From the NCBI GenBank assembly GCA_035623395.1, contig DASPTN010000086.1, positions 22,786-86,785 of the forward strand: 64,000 bases of DNA, in the 5' to 3' direction. Below, piece by piece: positions 8,543 through 17,407 of the stretch. Within the stretch, counting starts at the first letter, position 1; every line of letters begins with the position of its first letter. Below the pieces are notes generated by a model that did no database searches, was not told the DNA's origin, and saw only the letters and a list, made by a program, of their open reading frames with translations. A program made the position numbers and the translations under genes. Source of the DNA: Gemmatimonadales bacterium. GTDB lineage: Bacteria; Gemmatimonadota; Gemmatimonadetes; Gemmatimonadales; JACORV01.

Positions 8543-9651
8543 TCGATCAACCTCAGCGGCATCACCAGGCAGACATACGAGGCAGGGTCGTCCCACCCCA
8601 CCGGCTCGGCCGTGGCGGCTCGCTCCGGAGCCTTGAGCGTGAAGCGCACCTCGTCGGTCGGCATGTACTTGAGCAGCTCCAGCAGGTACGCCGCGTTGAA
8701 GCCGATCTCCAGCGCGTCACCCTCGTAGGTGACCGCCATCTCGTCCTGCGCTTCCCCGAGGTCCGGCGTCTGCACGCTGAACTTCAGCGTTCCGCTGCCG
8801 AAGGCGAGGCGGATCCGGTGGGTCTGGTCGCTGGCCACGATGCTCATCCGCCGCAGGGCGGCCGCCATGGCGACCTTGTCCACCGTGGCGAACTTGTCGT
8901 TCTCCCGCGGAATCACCTGCTCGTAATTGGGATACGGGCCTTCGATCAGCCGGGTGAACACCTGGGTCCCCGCGCTGCGGAAGCCGAGGTGGTTCTCGCT
9001 CTTGCCGATCTCGACCTCGACGTCCTCGGCGAACAACCGGCGAATCTGCTCGAGCGCCTTCGGCGGCACGATGAGATCCGCCTGGGCGGCGGCCGCACCC
9101 GACAGCGGCACCTCCATGCGGGCCAGCCGGTGCCCGTTGGTCGCCACCATGCGCATCCGGTCCTTGCGCAGCTCCCACAGCACGCCGTTCAGGATCGGGC
9201 GGCTCTCCTCGGTCGAGACCGCGAACGCGACGTGCCCGATCAGCTTGTGGAGGTCCCTGGCCGGCGCCTTCCACGCTCCGTCGAAACGCACCGCCGGGAA
9301 GGAGGGGAACTCGTCGCGCGGCAGGCCCAGGAGACGGAACTTGCTCTTGCCGCACTCCAGTTGGGCACGCTGCTCGCCGGCGGAGGTCACGCGCACCGGC
9401 GAGCCGGGCAACTCGCGCGCGATCTCCGACAGCTTCTTCGCCGGCAGTGTCAACGCACCTTCCTCGTCCACGTCCGCCGGCACGGTCGTCGACACCGCGA
9501 TGTCGAGGTCCGTGCCCGACAGACGAATGCCGTCCTTGCCGGCCTCGATCATGATGTTCGACAGGACCGGCAGCGTCGTCTTCGCCGGAATGCTCGAAAC
9601 GACCGCCAGCAGTCCTTCCTGCAACTTCTCCCGCGTGATCGTGAACTTCAT
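8539..9651 (-). CDS. dnaN: DNA polymerase III beta sliding clamp
   Basis: ORF 8539..9651(-). It begins MKFTITREKLQEGLLAVVSSIPAKTTLPVLSNIMIEAGKDGIRLSGTDLD, is 370 aa long, and lies immediately downstream of dnaA. Confidence 0.95.
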   Translation of the reverse strand: MKFTITREKLQEGLLAVVSSIPAKTTLPVLSNIMIEAGKDGIRLSGTDLDIAVSTTVPADVDEEGALTLPAKKLSEIARELPGSPVRVTSAGEQRAQLECGKSKFRLLGLPRDEFPSFPAVRFDGAWKAPARDLHKLIGHVAFAVSTEESRPILNGVLWELRKDRMRMVATNGHRLARMEVPLSGAAAAQADLIVPPKALEQIRRLFAEDVEVEIGKSENHLGFRSAGTQVFTRLIEGPYPNYEQVIPRENDKFATVDKVAMAAALRRMSIVASDQTHRIRLAFGSGTLKFSVQTPDLGEAQDEMAVTYEGDALEIGFNAAYLLELLKYMPTDEVRFTLKAPERAATAEPVGWDDPASYVCLVMPLRLID

Positions 9652-9887
9652 CCAATCCTCATTGGATGCGGGTCGGCAAGCCTACTATACCACTCAATAG
9701 ATAAAAGACAGTAGTAACCGTAGAGCATGTGGAACTGTTGGCATCGGCGTCAGCACGTGCCGGCGCAACGAGTTGCCGTCACCTGGTCCCGACGCGAATG
9801 TGGGAACCGTCGGTGCCGGGACACAGACGCCCGTGGTCGTCCACAGCTACCAACACGTCTGGCACGCCGTCGTTCACTTACCCACGT
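9652..9887. other. candidate oriC segment (dnaA-dnaN spacer) with AT-rich island and DnaA-box-like elements
   Basis: An AT-rich tract at 9683-9727 (ctactataccactcaatagataaaagacagtagtaaccgtagagcat) stands out in an otherwise GC-rich window. Box-like elements are TGTGGAACT (9728), TGTGGGAAC (9799), TCGTCCACA (9837) and TTACCCACG (9878). Each matches 6-7 of 9 positions of TTATCCACA. Confidence 0.5.
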
Positions 9888-11288
9888 CTAGACTGCGGAC
9901 AACTCGGTGCGCGCTTGGGTCACCCGATCGCGGAAGCTGTGATCACGCGCGAGCTGTCGAGATACCTTGTCGAGACTGTGAATCACCGTCGAGTGATCAC
10001 GGCCCCCGAATGCCTGCCCTATCTCCACCAATTGCATGCCGAGCAGGTCCCGGGCCAAGTACATGGCGACCTGCCGGGGGACCGTCAGGCGCTTGGTGCG
10101 GGCCTTGGAGCGCAGCCCTTCGGGCGTGACGCCCCAGCGGCGCGCCACGACCTCCTGCACGCGGTCGATCGTCGGTCCACCGCGGCGGCCCACGGGATCG
10201 GAGCCGGCGTCCTCCGCCGGCTTGATCTTGTCGGACAAGGCCTCGCGGGCGAGGTCGATCGTGATCTCCCGGTGCTTCAGGGAGGCGAACAGCAGCAGCT
10301 TGATGATGCAGCCCTCGAGCTCGCGCACCGAGCTCCGGACGTGCTCGGCGATGAACTGGAGAACGTCGTCCGGGATCGTGAGCTCGAGGTGGTCCTGCTC
10401 CGCCTTCTTGCGGAGGATCGCGGTCCGGTGCTCGAGGTCGGGCTGCCCGATGTCAGCGACCATGCCCCAGTCGAAGCGGGACACGAGACGCACCTCGAGC
10501 CCCGGCAACTCCTTCGGCGAGCGGTCGCTGGTGAGGACGATCTGCTTCCCGGCCTCGTACAGCGCGTTGAAGGTGTGGAAGAACTCCTCCTGGGTGGACT
10601 CCTTCCGCTCCAGGAAGTGCACGTCGTCGAGGAGGAGGAGATCCAGGTCGTTGCGGTAGCGGCGCCGGAACTCCGGCATCTTCTGGCCGTGGATGTGCTC
10701 GATGACCTCGTTGGTGAACTGCTCGCCGCTCATGTAGACGGCGCGGGTCTGCGGCGAGCGCTCCAGCACGGCGTGCGCGATGGCCTGCATGAGGTGCGTC
10801 TTCCCGAGCCCCGTGGCGCCGTAGATGAAAAGCGGGTTGTACGCTTTCCCGGGCGCTTCGGCCACCGCGTGCGCCGCCGCCGCGGCCAGCTCGTTCGACT
10901 TGCCGATCACGAAGGTGCCGAAGGTGTACCGCTCGTTGAGCGGCATCGACCACACGGGCGGCTTGGCGGCCGCCACCGCACCTGGCGCGGCGCCGGGGGT
11001 CGCGACGAAGAAATCCATCTGCGGTCGGCGCGTCCGCTCCTCCATCACCCGGAACGACATCTCCAGGCGCCGACCCACGACCTGGGTCGAGAGGTCGGAC
11101 AGCAACGCGGCGTAGTTGGACTTGTTCCAGTCCGCGGCGAACTCGTCGGGCGCGGCGAGAACCAGTGTCGCGTTCTCGAGACCGATGGGCTCCACCGGCT
11201 CCAACCAGGATCGGATCGTGGGCTCCGGCAGGCGACCACGAGCCTGGTCGAGAAGGCGGGTCCAGGTTTCCTTTACCGAAAGCTCCAT
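9888..11288 (-). CDS. dnaA: chromosomal replication initiator protein DnaA
   Basis: ORF 9888..11291(-). I prefer the ATG at 11288 over the TTG one codon upstream. The Walker A motif is GATGLGKTHLM, and the C-terminal DNA-binding helix is RQVAMYLARDLL...IGQAFGGRDHSTVIHS. Confidence 0.95.
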   Translation of the reverse strand: MELSVKETWTRLLDQARGRLPEPTIRSWLEPVEPIGLENATLVLAAPDEFAADWNKSNYAALLSDLSTQVVGRRLEMSFRVMEERTRRPQMDFFVATPGAAPGAVAAAKPPVWSMPLNERYTFGTFVIGKSNELAAAAAHAVAEAPGKAYNPLFIYGATGLGKTHLMQAIAHAVLERSPQTRAVYMSGEQFTNEVIEHIHGQKMPEFRRRYRNDLDLLLLDDVHFLERKESTQEEFFHTFNALYEAGKQIVLTSDRSPKELPGLEVRLVSRFDWGMVADIGQPDLEHRTAILRKKAEQDHLELTIPDDVLQFIAEHVRSSVRELEGCIIKLLLFASLKHREITIDLAREALSDKIKPAEDAGSDPVGRRGGPTIDRVQEVVARRWGVTPEGLRSKARTKRLTVPRQVAMYLARDLLGMQLVEIGQAFGGRDHSTVIHSLDKVSRQLARDHSFRDRVTQARTELSAV

Positions 11289-11346
11289 CAACGCAGGTCG
11301 GAGTTAAGCGGACGGTCTCAAAGGGCGAGCGAACCTACGACCGCCA

Positions 11347-11355
11347 TGTGGAAAA
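11347..11355 (+). promoter_or_regulatory. DnaA box-like element TGTGGAAAA (8/9 to TGTGGATAA)
   Basis: Lies in the dnaA-rpmH divergent spacer, directly upstream of the candidate rpmH -35 element. Confidence 0.5.
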
Positions 11356-11362
11356 GTCAACC

Positions 11363-11392
11363 TTGACCCATGCTGCCGCGCACGTGTACGTT
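11363..11392 (+). promoter_or_regulatory. sigma70-like promoter candidate for rpmH operon (TTGACC-N18-TACGTT)
   Basis: Hexamers at 11363-11368 and 11387-11392. GGAGG (11405-11409) and the GTG start at 11418 follow. Confidence 0.35.
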
Positions 11393-11417
11393 TCGCGGCT
11401 TTCTGGAGGCTCGATCC

Positions 11418-11579
11418 GTGGGACCGACGTATCGTCCGCACAACCGCAAACGTCTGAACAAGCACGGCTTCCGGACCCGCATGAAGACCCGGTGGGGCCG
11501 CGCCGTTCTCTCGCGTCGCCGCAAGAAAGGGCGCAAGCGTCTCACTGTCCGGATACCGTCCAAGCATCGGGGCGGTTGA
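11418..11579 (+). CDS. rpmH: 50S ribosomal protein L34
   Basis: GTG at 11418, 8 nt after GGAGG, within ORF 11370..11579. The product is [44 protein letters not shown], the canonical L34 sequence pattern. Confidence 0.9.
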   Translation: MGPTYRPHNRKRLNKHGFRTRMKTRWGRAVLSRRRKKGRKRLTVRIPSKHRGG

Positions 11580-11932
11580 CGGCCCAGCGGCTGCCGAGGT
11601 CGTACCGAATCGGGCGCGCGGCGGAGTTGCGCGCGCTGATGGGCGAGGGGAAGCGCCACCGAACGGATCATCTCGATCTGTTCATCCGGCCTTCCCCTCT
11701 CGCGTATTCACGCTTGGCGGTGATCGTGGCGCGATTCGGGCATACCGCACCCCAGCGCAACCGGCTTCGCCGGCGGCTGCGGGAGATCTGCCGCCGCGCG
11801 ATCCTGCCGGTCCTGGCCCCCGCCGACGTGGCGGTGCGCGCACGGGCCGTGGCGTACGCGGCCACTTTCGACCGTTTACAGGCCGAGCTCGTAGGGACTC
11901 TGTGTCCATCCTCGCCCGCGCCGCCGTCCTGA
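11576..11932 (+). CDS. rnpA: ribonuclease P protein component
   Basis: C-terminal part of ORF 11165..11932. The proposed TTG start at 11576 overlaps the rpmH stop. An alternative start is ATG 11639. The protein is basic ([27 protein letters not shown]) and sits in the conserved rpmH-rnpA-yidD-yidC order. Confidence 0.75.
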   Translation: MTAQRLPRSYRIGRAAELRALMGEGKRHRTDHLDLFIRPSPLAYSRLAVIVARFGHTAPQRNRLRRRLREICRRAILPVLAPADVAVRARAVAYAATFDRLQAELVGTLCPSSPAPPS

Positions 11933-12120
11933 TGATCCGCGGCTACCAGGTGACGCTCTCGCCGCTCCTGCCGGCGGCGTGCCGTTACCAGCCCAGCTGC
12001 TCGGCGTACACCATCGAGGCCGTCGAGCGCTACGGCGTGCTGCGCGGCGCCTGGATGGGGGCCCGGCGCATCCTGCGCTGCCACCCGTTCGCGCGCGGCG
12101 GCTACGACCCGGTGCCCTGA
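11902..12120 (+). CDS. yidD: membrane protein insertion efficiency factor YidD
   Basis: ORF 11902..12120(+) with a GTG start. The signature is [53 protein letters not shown]. Confidence 0.85.
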   Translation: MSILARAAVLMIRGYQVTLSPLLPAACRYQPSCSAYTIEAVERYGVLRGAWMGARRILRCHPFARGGYDPVP

Positions 12121-12123
12121 CCG

Positions 12124-13761
12124 ATGGAACGTCGCCTCGTCGTCGCGATTCTCCTGATGATCGCCGTGGCGGTGATCCCGTCGCTGTTCCTGAAGCCGGC
12201 CCCGCGGCGTGTGGGCGCGGCCGGAGACACGACGCACGTGCCGGCCGCAGCACCGGAGTCGTCGCGCGCCGCCGTGGAGCCTCGAGCGGCCACGCATCGG
12301 CCTCCGGTCTCGGCGGCCGCAGCGGTCGCGCCGGAGACGGTGATTGTGAGCACGCCGGTGGCGCGGTACCGGCTGAGCAGCACGGGCGCCGCGCTCGTGG
12401 GCGCCGAGATGTCGGCCTACCGATCCTACGCCGGCCCGTCGCGCGGCCAGCCGGTGGAGCTGGTGGCCCCGGGCGACCGCATGCTCGGGCAGCGCCTGGT
12501 CGTGGGCCGGGACACCGTCGCGCTGGACAGCGTGCCGTACGCGCCACAGCGCTCGGCGGACGGTGCCACGTTCCGCGGGCGGGCGGGCCAGCTCGACGTG
12601 GCCGTGTCGGTGACGGCGCGCCAAGGGCAGGAGTATCTGCTGGACGTCACCGGCCAGGTGGACGGCCTGGGGGGTCAGGGAGCCCTGCTGCTGATCGGAC
12701 TGGGTTCGGGGTTCGCGAACGTCGAGGCCGACAGCGTCAGCAACTACCGCAACTACGGCGTCGTCGGTCGGCGCACGGCGCCGGTGAGCCTGGCCTTCGG
12801 TAAGCTCAAGCCGGGAGAGACGGCCACGCTCGACGGGCCGTTCGACTGGGTGGCGGTCAAATCGAAGTACTTCATTGGCGCGCTGCTGTCGGCGGACAGC
12901 ACCCAGCCCTCGTTCGGGGGTGCGGTCGCCATCGGAGGTCCGCGCGCCAGCCGCTACGCGGTCTCGGCCGAGGCGTCGGCGACGCTGCCGGTGGGCCCGG
13001 ACGGGCGGTTCCGCTACACCGTGTACCTCGGCCCCCAGGAGTACCGCCAGCTGCGGCGGCTGGGCCGCGAGCTCGACAAGGCGTCGCCGTACGGCTGGAT
13101 CTTCAAGCCGATCGTGATGCCGGTGTCGGTCTGGATCACCGAGCTGCTGCTGTGGTTGCACCAGCGGCTGTCGCTCGCCTACGGATGGGTGCTGATCCTG
13201 TTCGGGATCGCCATCCGGCTGGTGCTGTGGCCGTTGAACCAGAAAGCGATGATGAGCTCGGTCGCCATGCAGGCGGTGCAGCCGCTGCTCAAGGACATCC
13301 AGACCCGCTACAAGGACGATCCGCAGCGGCTCCAGCAGGAGATGATGAAGCTGTATCGGGAGCACAAAGTGAACCCGTTCGGCAGCTGCCTGCCGATGCT
13401 GATCCCGTTCCCGATCCTGCTGGCGCTGTTCTTCGTGTTTGCGAACACCATCGCGTTCCGCGGCGCCTCGTTCCTGTGGCTGCCCGATCTGTCGCTACGC
13501 GACCCGACCTACGTGATCCCGGTGGTGATGGGCGCGTCGATGTGGGCGCTGTCGAAGCTCGGCCAGATGGGGATGCCGCCCAATCCCCAGGCGAAGATGA
13601 TGACGACCATCATGCCGATCATGATGACCGTGCTGTTCCTGAATTTCGCGTCGGGGCTGAATCTCTATTACGCGGTGTCGAACCTGGTGAGTCTGCCGCA
13701 GCAGTACCTCATCAACAAGGCGCGGGTCCGGGAGATGGCGCGCCGGAAGGCGTCGACCTAG
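12124..13761 (+). CDS. yidC: membrane protein insertase YidC
   Basis: ORF 12124..13761(+). It has an N-terminal TM helix and a large periplasmic domain. The conserved C-terminal core is PLNQKAMMSSVAMQAVQPLLKDIQTRYKDDPQRLQQEMMKLYREHKVNPFGSCLPMLIPFPIL. Confidence 0.9.
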   Translation: MERRLVVAILLMIAVAVIPSLFLKPAPRRVGAAGDTTHVPAAAPESSRAAVEPRAATHRPPVSAAAAVAPETVIVSTPVARYRLSSTGAALVGAEMSAYRSYAGPSRGQPVELVAPGDRMLGQRLVVGRDTVALDSVPYAPQRSADGATFRGRAGQLDVAVSVTARQGQEYLLDVTGQVDGLGGQGALLLIGLGSGFANVEADSVSNYRNYGVVGRRTAPVSLAFGKLKPGETATLDGPFDWVAVKSKYFIGALLSADSTQPSFGGAVAIGGPRASRYAVSAEASATLPVGPDGRFRYTVYLGPQEYRQLRRLGRELDKASPYGWIFKPIVMPVSVWITELLLWLHQRLSLAYGWVLILFGIAIRLVLWPLNQKAMMSSVAMQAVQPLLKDIQTRYKDDPQRLQQEMMKLYREHKVNPFGSCLPMLIPFPILLALFFVFANTIAFRGASFLWLPDLSLRDPTYVIPVVMGASMWALSKLGQMGMPPNPQAKMMTTIMPIMMTVLFLNFASGLNLYYAVSNLVSLPQQYLINKARVREMARRKAST

Positions 13762-13958
13762 CCGCGCTGCTCCAGCGCCTCGGTGGCGGCGCGCCACACC
13801 TCGTCGGCCAGCCACTCCAGCCGCTCCTCGGCGTACTCGAGATCTTGCTGGCTCATCGTCTTCACGTTGCGCGCCACGTAGCGCACGTGCTCGACGAGCT
13901 CGTCGAGGACCTCGCGCAGCTCGCGATTGACCCGCCGCTCGGCGCCCTTGAAGCTCAC
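13758..13958 (-). CDS. small hypothetical helical protein (66 aa)
   Basis: Only the last 66 codons of ORF 13758..14546(-) look protein-like: VSFKGAERRVNRELREVLDELVEHVRYVARNVKTMSQQDLEYAEERLEWLADEVWRAATEALEQRG. The GTG start overlaps the stop of the upstream gene (GTGA). Confidence 0.45.
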   Translation of the reverse strand: MSFKGAERRVNRELREVLDELVEHVRYVARNVKTMSQQDLEYAEERLEWLADEVWRAATEALEQRG

Positions 13959-14905
13959 GCGCCGACCGCCCGGCCGGCGGACGCGCGGGCGCTGGCGGCC
14001 TCGAACTCGGGGGCCGGCGCGCGGACGGCCGCCGCGATGCCGCGCTCGGCCACCAGCGGCTCGGCCATCCGCGCGCCGAGGTAGTAGCCGCAGCGCTCCG
14101 GCAGCACCCGGCCCTGCACGAGACGCGCGGCCGGGCTCATCCCGCCGCTGAGATAGCGCAGCCGCAAGCCGAGGCCGGAGCGATCGAGGTCGGGCTCGGC
14201 CGCCCGGAACAGGAACGACTCCAGCTCGCGCATCCGCCGGTACTGCCGGCGCGTGAAGCCGTAGTACTCCTCCTCGGCGAAACCGGGCGCGGCGGCGCGT
14301 GCGGCATGCACGGCGACGCCCTCGTTGAGCAGCAGCTCGCGCAGCGAGGCGCGGCTCCCGGTCTCCCAGTAGTCGTAGGTGCCGCCCGCTTCGGCGACCA
14401 GCCGCTTCAGCTCGGAGGCGCTGGTGGGCGACGTGTAGCGCACGGCGTGGGCCAGCTCGTGCGCGATCCACAGCGGGATGAGCTGCGGGGAGAGGCCGAG
14501 CCCGTAGGTGTCCGCGTTGGGCTGTCCGGTGAAGTGCTCCAGGCACACGATCACGGCGCCGCGGCCACCGACCACCAGCTCGGCCGCGTTCGCCGCGCCG
14601 ACGCCGACGGTCAGGTAGACGTCCACGTCCTGATCGAGGTCGAGCGCCGCCGAGGCGCGGTCGACGACGTCCGCGGCCATCCGCTCGAGGTCCACGGTCG
14701 CGATCAGGCGGCGCAGGTCGTCGCGGTCGGCGGCGAGGGCGCGCGCCACGACCTCGGCGGTGTGCGGCGAGTCGAGGTCGAGCACGTAGTTGTGCCAGTA
14801 GGCCTCGAGCACGGGCCGGTGGCGCTCGACGTAGGCCCGATAGGCGGACTCACGCCCGGACGATGCGTGGACGGCGAGGAACTCGGGAACCAGGTTGATG
14901 ATCAT
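13955..14905 (-). CDS. putative zinc-dependent protease (DUF2268-like, HExxH)
   Basis: ORF 13955..14905(-). An HELAH motif occurs in LIPLWIAHELAHAVRY. The overall layout resembles predicted Zn-protease DUF2268 proteins. Family call is by eye. Confidence 0.65.
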   Translation of the reverse strand: MIINLVPEFLAVHASSGRESAYRAYVERHRPVLEAYWHNYVLDLDSPHTAEVVARALAADRDDLRRLIATVDLERMAADVVDRASAALDLDQDVDVYLTVGVGAANAAELVVGGRGAVIVCLEHFTGQPNADTYGLGLSPQLIPLWIAHELAHAVRYTSPTSASELKRLVAEAGGTYDYWETGSRASLRELLLNEGVAVHAARAAAPGFAEEEYYGFTRRQYRRMRELESFLFRAAEPDLDRSGLGLRLRYLSGGMSPAARLVQGRVLPERCGYYLGARMAEPLVAERGIAAAVRAPAPEFEAASARASAGRAVGA

Positions 14906-14956
14906 CGCGGGCGCCGACCCAATTTGGAGCGTGGGAGCGCCGCGGACAAGAGCGCG

Positions 14957-16843
14957 TCAACGCAGGTCGAACTCGAGCATCGCGCTCGCAGCTTGCGTTC
15001 CGCGCACCGCGTCCCTCACGTGCAGCGTGAGCACGTAGTGGCCCGGCGGCAGACGCCCCGGATCGACGACGAGCGTCTCGATCTCGGGGTCGCCCGAAGG
15101 CAGGGACCGCCGGAACTCGACGCTGGTAACATGGTCCCGCGACAGGAAACGCAGCAGGCCGGTGCGCGCGCGCGCGAACCGGTACACGGCGTCGTAGCGC
15201 ATGACCCCGGCGTCGTCGCCGAGCCCGTAGATCTCGGCGTACACCCTGGCCGCCTGCCCGCGCTCGAGGCGCAGCGTCGCGGGCGCGGCGGCTTCGAGCT
15301 GCGGACGGGAGGCCGGCGTGTCGCCGGGGGCCACGAGCAGACTGGAGACGGCGAGCGAGTCGCCGGCGAAGCGCGTCACCGGGATGCTGCCGCGGAACCG
15401 GCCCAGCGCGCCGTCGCGCTCCGCGTCGATCGCGAGCACGTACTGGCCCGGCGGCGCGGCGAGGTGCAGGGCGCGGCCGGTGGCCGAGTCGCGCGAAGTC
15501 TCCCGGCCATCTTGGTCGTAGAGCACGGCGGTGGCCGCGACACGGTCGGGGAACAGGACGACGTCGGTCAGTTGCCCGGATCCGCGCCGGAACTCCGCCG
15601 GCCAGAAGACGAAGCTGAGGGTGGACGGGAGGCCGGGGCGGTCGGTGCGCAGCAGATAGTCGGCCGCCGCCGCCTCGCCGGCGACGACGGGTGTCACGAC
15701 CTGGTCGCCGCCACCGTCCGAGGTGCGCCGGACGAACGTCACCTGCAGCCCACCCTGCGGCAGCTCGTAGCGCCAGGTTTCCGCGTCGTTGCTCCAGACG
15801 TAGCGCCGGTCCGGATTCCCGTAGCGCACGAGGATGCGGCCGCGGTCGTCGAGCCCGTCCTCGAGGTTGACCGTCTCCTGGGTGCTGTCGTCGAGCCGCG
15901 CAGCGACGCCCGCGGCGACCGGCGCGTCGCCAACCCGCGGCATCCGGGTCGTCCCGATCGCGGCGCGCACGTCGCCGATCTCCGCCGAGTCGGAGAGCCC
16001 GACGCCGCCCTGCAGCGTGCGCCACAGCCGCGAGTGGTGCCACCGCGACATCGGGTGCAGCAGCGCGAACATCCGCCGAGCCTCGGCCAGGCGCCGGAAG
16101 TGCTCACCGATCCGCCGGTTCACCGAATCGCGGACGTCGGGGTTACGCAGGGTCCAGAACACGCGCAGGAACGCGGCGCGGCCTCCCGGCGTCACCGACT
16201 GGTAGGTCGTCCGCTCCACGGGCGACGCGATGCCGCGGACCTGGCGCCACAGCCACTGGCCCGTGTCGTCCGCCGCGCGATCGATGGCCGCGTCGTAGGC
16301 ACGCTCCCCCTCGACATCGTGGCCCTGCTCGAATCGCGCCCGGGCGAGGAGGGCCCACGGCACCGGGTCGCGCGCCTGAAAGACGCACAGGGAGTCGAGG
16401 AGCGGCGCTGCCTCCGCGTAGCGCCGCAGCTCCACGAGCAGCTGAGCGCGCCACAGGTCCGCCGGGAACCTCCCGCCGTGTGCGGCCAGCGCCGTGACCA
16501 TCGCCGCGCGCTCGTCGTCGCCGCGATACAGTGCGCTCCACTGCGCCCACGCGTCCCGGTAGTCCGGGGCGAGCGTCAAGACGTGCAACAGGGCGTCGCG
16601 CGCGATCGCCTCGCCGTCGTCGCCCGCCAGTCGCAGGCCCACCAGCGACAGGTAGTAGTACGGCTCGGGACTCTGCGGGGAGAGTGCGCCCGCCCGCGCC
16701 AGCAGCGATTCCGCGCGATAGCGGCCGAAGATCGGCCAGGCGAGCCAGATCCGGCCGAGCACCGTGAGCGTGGCGGGATCGTCGGGCCTGGCCCGCGCCA
16801 GTCCTTCGGCGAGGTCGCGCGCTTCCTGCAGGCGACCGGCCAT
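14957..16843 (-). CDS. TPR-repeat protein with degenerate GWxTD-like domain and C-terminal beta-sandwich region
   Basis: In-frame part of ORF 14957..17269(-). The start is set at ATG 16843 (MAGRLQEARDL). The true start is uncertain and may lie up to about 16905, where LALAAALLAL would form a signal peptide. The central region AAFLRVFWTLRNPD...GLDDRGRILVRYGNPDRRY...ETWRY parallels the GWxTD domain of the 1423..2826 protein. Confidence 0.7.
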   Translation of the reverse strand: MAGRLQEARDLAEGLARARPDDPATLTVLGRIWLAWPIFGRYRAESLLARAGALSPQSPEPYYYLSLVGLRLAGDDGEAIARDALLHVLTLAPDYRDAWAQWSALYRGDDERAAMVTALAAHGGRFPADLWRAQLLVELRRYAEAAPLLDSLCVFQARDPVPWALLARARFEQGHDVEGERAYDAAIDRAADDTGQWLWRQVRGIASPVERTTYQSVTPGGRAAFLRVFWTLRNPDVRDSVNRRIGEHFRRLAEARRMFALLHPMSRWHHSRLWRTLQGGVGLSDSAEIGDVRAAIGTTRMPRVGDAPVAAGVAARLDDSTQETVNLEDGLDDRGRILVRYGNPDRRYVWSNDAETWRYELPQGGLQVTFVRRTSDGGGDQVVTPVVAGEAAAADYLLRTDRPGLPSTLSFVFWPAEFRRGSGQLTDVVLFPDRVAATAVLYDQDGRETSRDSATGRALHLAAPPGQYVLAIDAERDGALGRFRGSIPVTRFAGDSLAVSSLLVAPGDTPASRPQLEAAAPATLRLERGQAARVYAEIYGLGDDAGVMRYDAVYRFARARTGLLRFLSRDHVTSVEFRRSLPSGDPEIETLVVDPGRLPPGHYVLTLHVRDAVRGTQAASAMLEFDLR

Positions 16844-16911
16844 GAGCAGCGATTCGGCACGAACCAGGGTTGACGGGCCCGGCGGCTGCTGCAACGCCAG
16901 GAGGGCGGCGG

Positions 16912-17406
16912 CTAGGGCGAGCGTGCGAGCACCTCTTCGATGACGGCGGCATCCTCCGCCGTGTAGCCATACAGCACGGCATCCACGCGCAGCCCCTCCC
17001 GCTCCGCCTGGCGCGCCGCCGCGACCATGATCTCCACCGCACGGCGGAACGGGAAGCCGCCCACGCCGGTGCCGAGGATCGGAAACGCGAGATCCGCGAT
17101 GCCGTGGTCGCCGGCGAGCCGCAGGCTGGCGAACGTGGAACGGCGGATGCTGCGCTCGCTCACCGGCTCGTCGCCCATCGCGGCGGCGTGGATGACGTAC
17201 CGGCACGGGAGGTCGCCCGCCCCGGTGAGCGCCGCTTCGCCGACGCGGATCGGGCCGTGACGGTCGCACTCGGCCTGGATGGCCGGTCCCCCTCGCCGCG
17301 CGATGGCGCCGGCGACGCCGGCGCCGAGACGGAGGTGGTTGTTCGCTGCGTTCACGATGGCGCAGCCGGCGTAGGTGGTGATGTCGCCCCGCGCCGCGCG
17401 GATCAT
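16912..17406 (-). CDS. macro domain protein (ADP-ribose binding/O-acetyl-ADP-ribose deacetylase-like)
   Basis: ORF 16912..17406(-). Motifs are GDITTYAGCAIVNAANNHLRLGAGVAGAI and AFPILGTGVGGFP. Confidence 0.85.
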   Translation of the reverse strand: MIRAARGDITTYAGCAIVNAANNHLRLGAGVAGAIARRGGPAIQAECDRHGPIRVGEAALTGAGDLPCRYVIHAAAMGDEPVSERSIRRSTFASLRLAGDHGIADLAFPILGTGVGGFPFRRAVEIMVAAARQAEREGLRVDAVLYGYTAEDAAVIEEVLARSP

Positions 17407-17407
17407 C

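Noticed and set aside
14306-16873. Very long plus-strand ORF (855 aa). Similar giants occur at 21060..24014(+), 24565..27096(+), 41360..43963(+), 7684..9714(+) and 38474..40057(-).
   Set aside because: They lie antisense to genes with clear family motifs (TPR/GWxTD, mutS, holA/sigma, zwf, dnaN, GH47). Their translations are R/G/P/A-rich low-information sequence, typical of stop-codon-poor high-GC DNA.
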